The notes beneath the pieces are model-generated. The model did not search any database and was not told where the DNA came from. It worked only from the letters and a program-made list of their open reading frames with translations. 38,961 nt of DNA from a virus (taxonomy: Duplodnaviria > Caudoviricetes). Each line of letters starts with the position of its first letter. The first letter of the stretch is position 1. The stretch covers positions 1-38,961 of the IMG/VR virus record IMGVR_UViG_3300005805_000204; one strand, written 5' to 3'. This document shows, piece after piece, positions 37,408-38,961 of this stretch. The translations under genes and the position numbers were made by a program.

Positions 37408-37467
37408 ATGAAACGTTCAGGTAAACGATAGTGTCATTCTTGACCCCCGTATGGTGCAGAATAGTGC
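37408..37467 (+). other. Minigene MKRSGKR* plus hairpin with ACCCCCGTATGGT apex (copy 1)
   Basis: AAGGAG RBS, ATG 37408, TAG 37429-31, hairpin immediately after. Confidence 0.6.
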
Positions 37468-37486
37468 GTGTGGACTAAATAAGTAT

Positions 37487-38212
37487 ATGAAAGACTTATT
37501 ACCTACACCGAAAAAACAAGAGTTTTTAGATTTGTATATGACACTAATAGCGAGTGCTGTTAGTGACAGCAACTTAAAAACCGAACTACATCATATTTTG
37601 CCACGTAGTATGGGCGGCTCAAATGAAAAATCAAATGTGGTACACTTGACTACTGCCCAACATTATGAAGCACATTATCTGTTATGGAAAGCATATAGTA
37701 ATCAGCAAATGTCTTGTGCGTTTCATTTAATGACTACTAACCGAGCAGACCGTCGTCAATTATCCGTTGACGAGTTTGTCCAGTTAAGAGAAGATTATAG
37801 AAACTCTAAAAAAGAATATTGGAAATCGTTGCCCGAAGAAAAGAAAGAGCAACACAGAAAAAACTCTAATCCTTGGGCTAATAAAACACCCGAAGAGAAA
37901 AAAGTTTACAAACAAAAATGTAATTCTTGGATCAACAAGCACGAAGAAGAACTTAATAGTAGGAAAGAAAAACAATCTGCTAAAATGTCTGCTTTATACA
38001 AGGGTGTTGGTTTTGGAAATAAAGAAGATAGGATACAGGCATACAAAGAGACTGTATCAAAACGAACTAGCGAAGACAGAGTAAATCTAAATTATGGCAA
38101 CAATCGGAGCACAATTTGGATTAATGACGGAGCTAGTAACAAAAGGCAAAACTCTACTGATAGTATACCTATTGGTTGGGTCAGAGGAAGAATTAAACAA
38201 GGAACTATATGA
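37487..38212 (+). CDS. HNH homing endonuclease inside the tRNA array
   Basis: ELHHILPRSMGGSNEKSNVVHLTTAQHYEAH; C-terminal WINDG..GWVRGR module; start placed after TAAATA. Confidence 0.85.
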   Translation: MKDLLPTPKKQEFLDLYMTLIASAVSDSNLKTELHHILPRSMGGSNEKSNVVHLTTAQHYEAHYLLWKAYSNQQMSCAFHLMTTNRADRRQLSVDEFVQLREDYRNSKKEYWKSLPEEKKEQHRKNSNPWANKTPEEKKVYKQKCNSWINKHEEELNSRKEKQSAKMSALYKGVGFGNKEDRIQAYKETVSKRTSEDRVNLNYGNNRSTIWINDGASNKRQNSTDSIPIGWVRGRIKQGTI

Positions 38213-38270
38213 AGCGAACTGCTAAAATGTAGAGCCATTCTGTAACCCCGTATGGTAACATGGATGGCTC
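38209..38270 (+). other. Minigene MKRTAKM* plus hairpin with ACCCCGTATGGT apex (copy 2)
   Basis: AAGGA RBS, ATG overlaps the HNH TGA, TAG 38230-32, stem GAGCCATTC/GGATGGCTC. Confidence 0.6.
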
Positions 38271-38297
38271 GTTAAAGATAATCTAATACGAATCCAT

Positions 38298-38372
38298 CCA
38301 TGCTAAACTTTGCTGGCGAAGTACCCGGCTCTTACCCGGACAAACTGAGTTCGATTCTCAGAGCATGGACCA
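38298..38372 (+). tRNA. tRNA-Lys(CTT)
   Basis: CCATGCT/AGCATGG, CCGG-CTCTTAC-CCGG, TTCGATT, CCA. Confidence 0.88.
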
Positions 38373-38375
38373 TAT

Positions 38376-38450
38376 GGGGGTATAACTTAACGGCTAAAGT
38401 AGTCGGCTTTTAACCGACCTATCAGAGTTCAATTCTCTGTGCCCCTACCA
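38376..38450 (+). tRNA. tRNA-Lys(TTT)
   Basis: GGGGGTA/TGCCCCT, GTCGG-CTTTTAA-CCGAC, TTCAATT, CCA. Confidence 0.9.
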
Positions 38451-38539
38451 TATAAAAACACGCCGATTGAGGTGATGTGCCCCGACGCTAGGTTTCGGGT
38501 ATGACTATGGACCCTCCCATAGTGTGTTTCTATATGGTA
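38446..38539 (+). repeat. Inverted-repeat-bounded cassette A
   Basis: TACCATATAAAAACACGC ... GTGTGTTTCTATATGGTA. Confidence 0.7.
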
Positions 38540-38577
38540 CAAGACTGCTCATAAAACACTGCAATGGGTTATGACAG

Positions 38578-38687
38578 GTTGCTTGGTGTATTGGCAAGCA
38601 CAGCAGAAGGCAGTACCCGACGAAAAGTTTGCAGACCCAGTAAGCGGCGAAGTCGGAGCAGGGGTAGGTTCGAATCCTACAAGCATT
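38578..38687 (+). ncRNA. tRNA-like RNA with D and T arms, expanded centre and no CCA
   Basis: TGCTT/AAGCA stem, GTGT-ATTGGCAA-GCAC, GTAGG-TTCGAAT-CCTAC. Confidence 0.5.
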
Positions 38688-38694
38688 AGTTTGT

Positions 38695-38823
38695 TACCAT
38701 ATAAAAACATTCGTGACGGACAGACCTCGCAATTGGAGCGAGTGTTCTCTTCGGTCTCCTGGCAGAGGCGAAAGGTTCTTTGTGCCAGCATTGAACTAAT
38801 ATTGGGAGTGTTTCTATATGGTA
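38695..38823 (+). repeat. Inverted-repeat-bounded cassette B
   Basis: TACCATATAAAAACATTC ... GAGTGTTTCTATATGGTA. Confidence 0.7.
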
Positions 38824-38835
38824 GACTTCTTTGGT

Positions 38836-38910
38836 GTGGCCATGTTGTAACGGTTAGCAACAGAGATTGTGATTCTCTTAGTCTGGGTTCGAATCCCTGT
38901 GCCCCTACCA
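38836..38910 (+). tRNA. tRNA-His(GTG) with a 3' end matching tRNA-Lys(TTT) (chimeric or pseudo)
   Basis: AGAGA-TTGTGAT-TCTCT anticodon arm; two acceptor mismatches and one T-stem mismatch. Confidence 0.7.
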
Positions 38911-38961
38911 TATGCAAACACATTAGAGATAAGCAGGAACTTGTGGCCACGAGGTCGCCTC

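Noticed and set aside
37429-38232. Amber read-through (PYLIS/SECIS-like) at the minigene TAG plus hairpin
   Set aside because: Copy 1 hits TGA four codons later and is out of frame with the HNH; copy 2 gains only 17 more codons; no suppressor tRNA is seen.
38710-38805. Self-cleaving ribozyme inside cassette B
   Set aside because: No hammerhead core is visible and I could not build a convincing HDV-like double pseudoknot by eye; a covariance-model search is needed.
35965-38950. ORF-track calls at 35965, 36122, 36793, 37784 and 38549
   Set aside because: They overlap tRNAs, structured RNA or the HNH gene and are not protein-like.
35339-38961. CRISPR array reading of the promoter repeats or stem cassettes
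   Set aside because: Units are degenerate or inverted, spacing is irregular, and no cas genes are present.

Overview
A 39-kb segment of a large lytic dsDNA phage with T4-like features (TAAATA late-promoter motifs, PAAR, nrdAB). The two Bug/TctC genes and the ahpC-ahpD pair hint at a Burkholderiales-type host (inference). Layout: (1) 1-8830, a mosaic tail-fibre/adhesin region with Ig-like, glycine-rich and LamG domains and a GC-rich acquired block; (2) 8.9-22.1 kb, nrdA, nrdB, glutaredoxin, PAAR, two large probable virion proteins, an SleB-type hydrolase, an HNH endonuclease in front of iscU, and ahpC-ahpD; (3) 22.1-35.3 kb, a 15-gene enzyme island with 2 B12-type radical SAM, 3 membrane di-iron enzymes, 4 HxD..H oxygenase-like, 3 PP-loop (SGGxDS), 2 Bug/TctC, 1 GNAT-like and 1 small ORF, several apparently leaderless late transcripts; (4) 35.3-39 kb, three tandem sigma70 promoters, a leader-peptide attenuator-like switch and an array of about 14 tRNA or tRNA-like genes mixed with unusual small RNAs, a duplicated minigene+hairpin and a second HNH. 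The best candidate for a new system is the 57-codon leader ORF (all 20 amino acids, 41 distinct codons). Its 3' end can form an antiterminator that competes with an intrinsic terminator in front of the tRNA array, suggesting a general translation-sensing attenuator. All protein calls rest on motif recognition and all RNA structures were paired by hand; no searches or folding programs were run.
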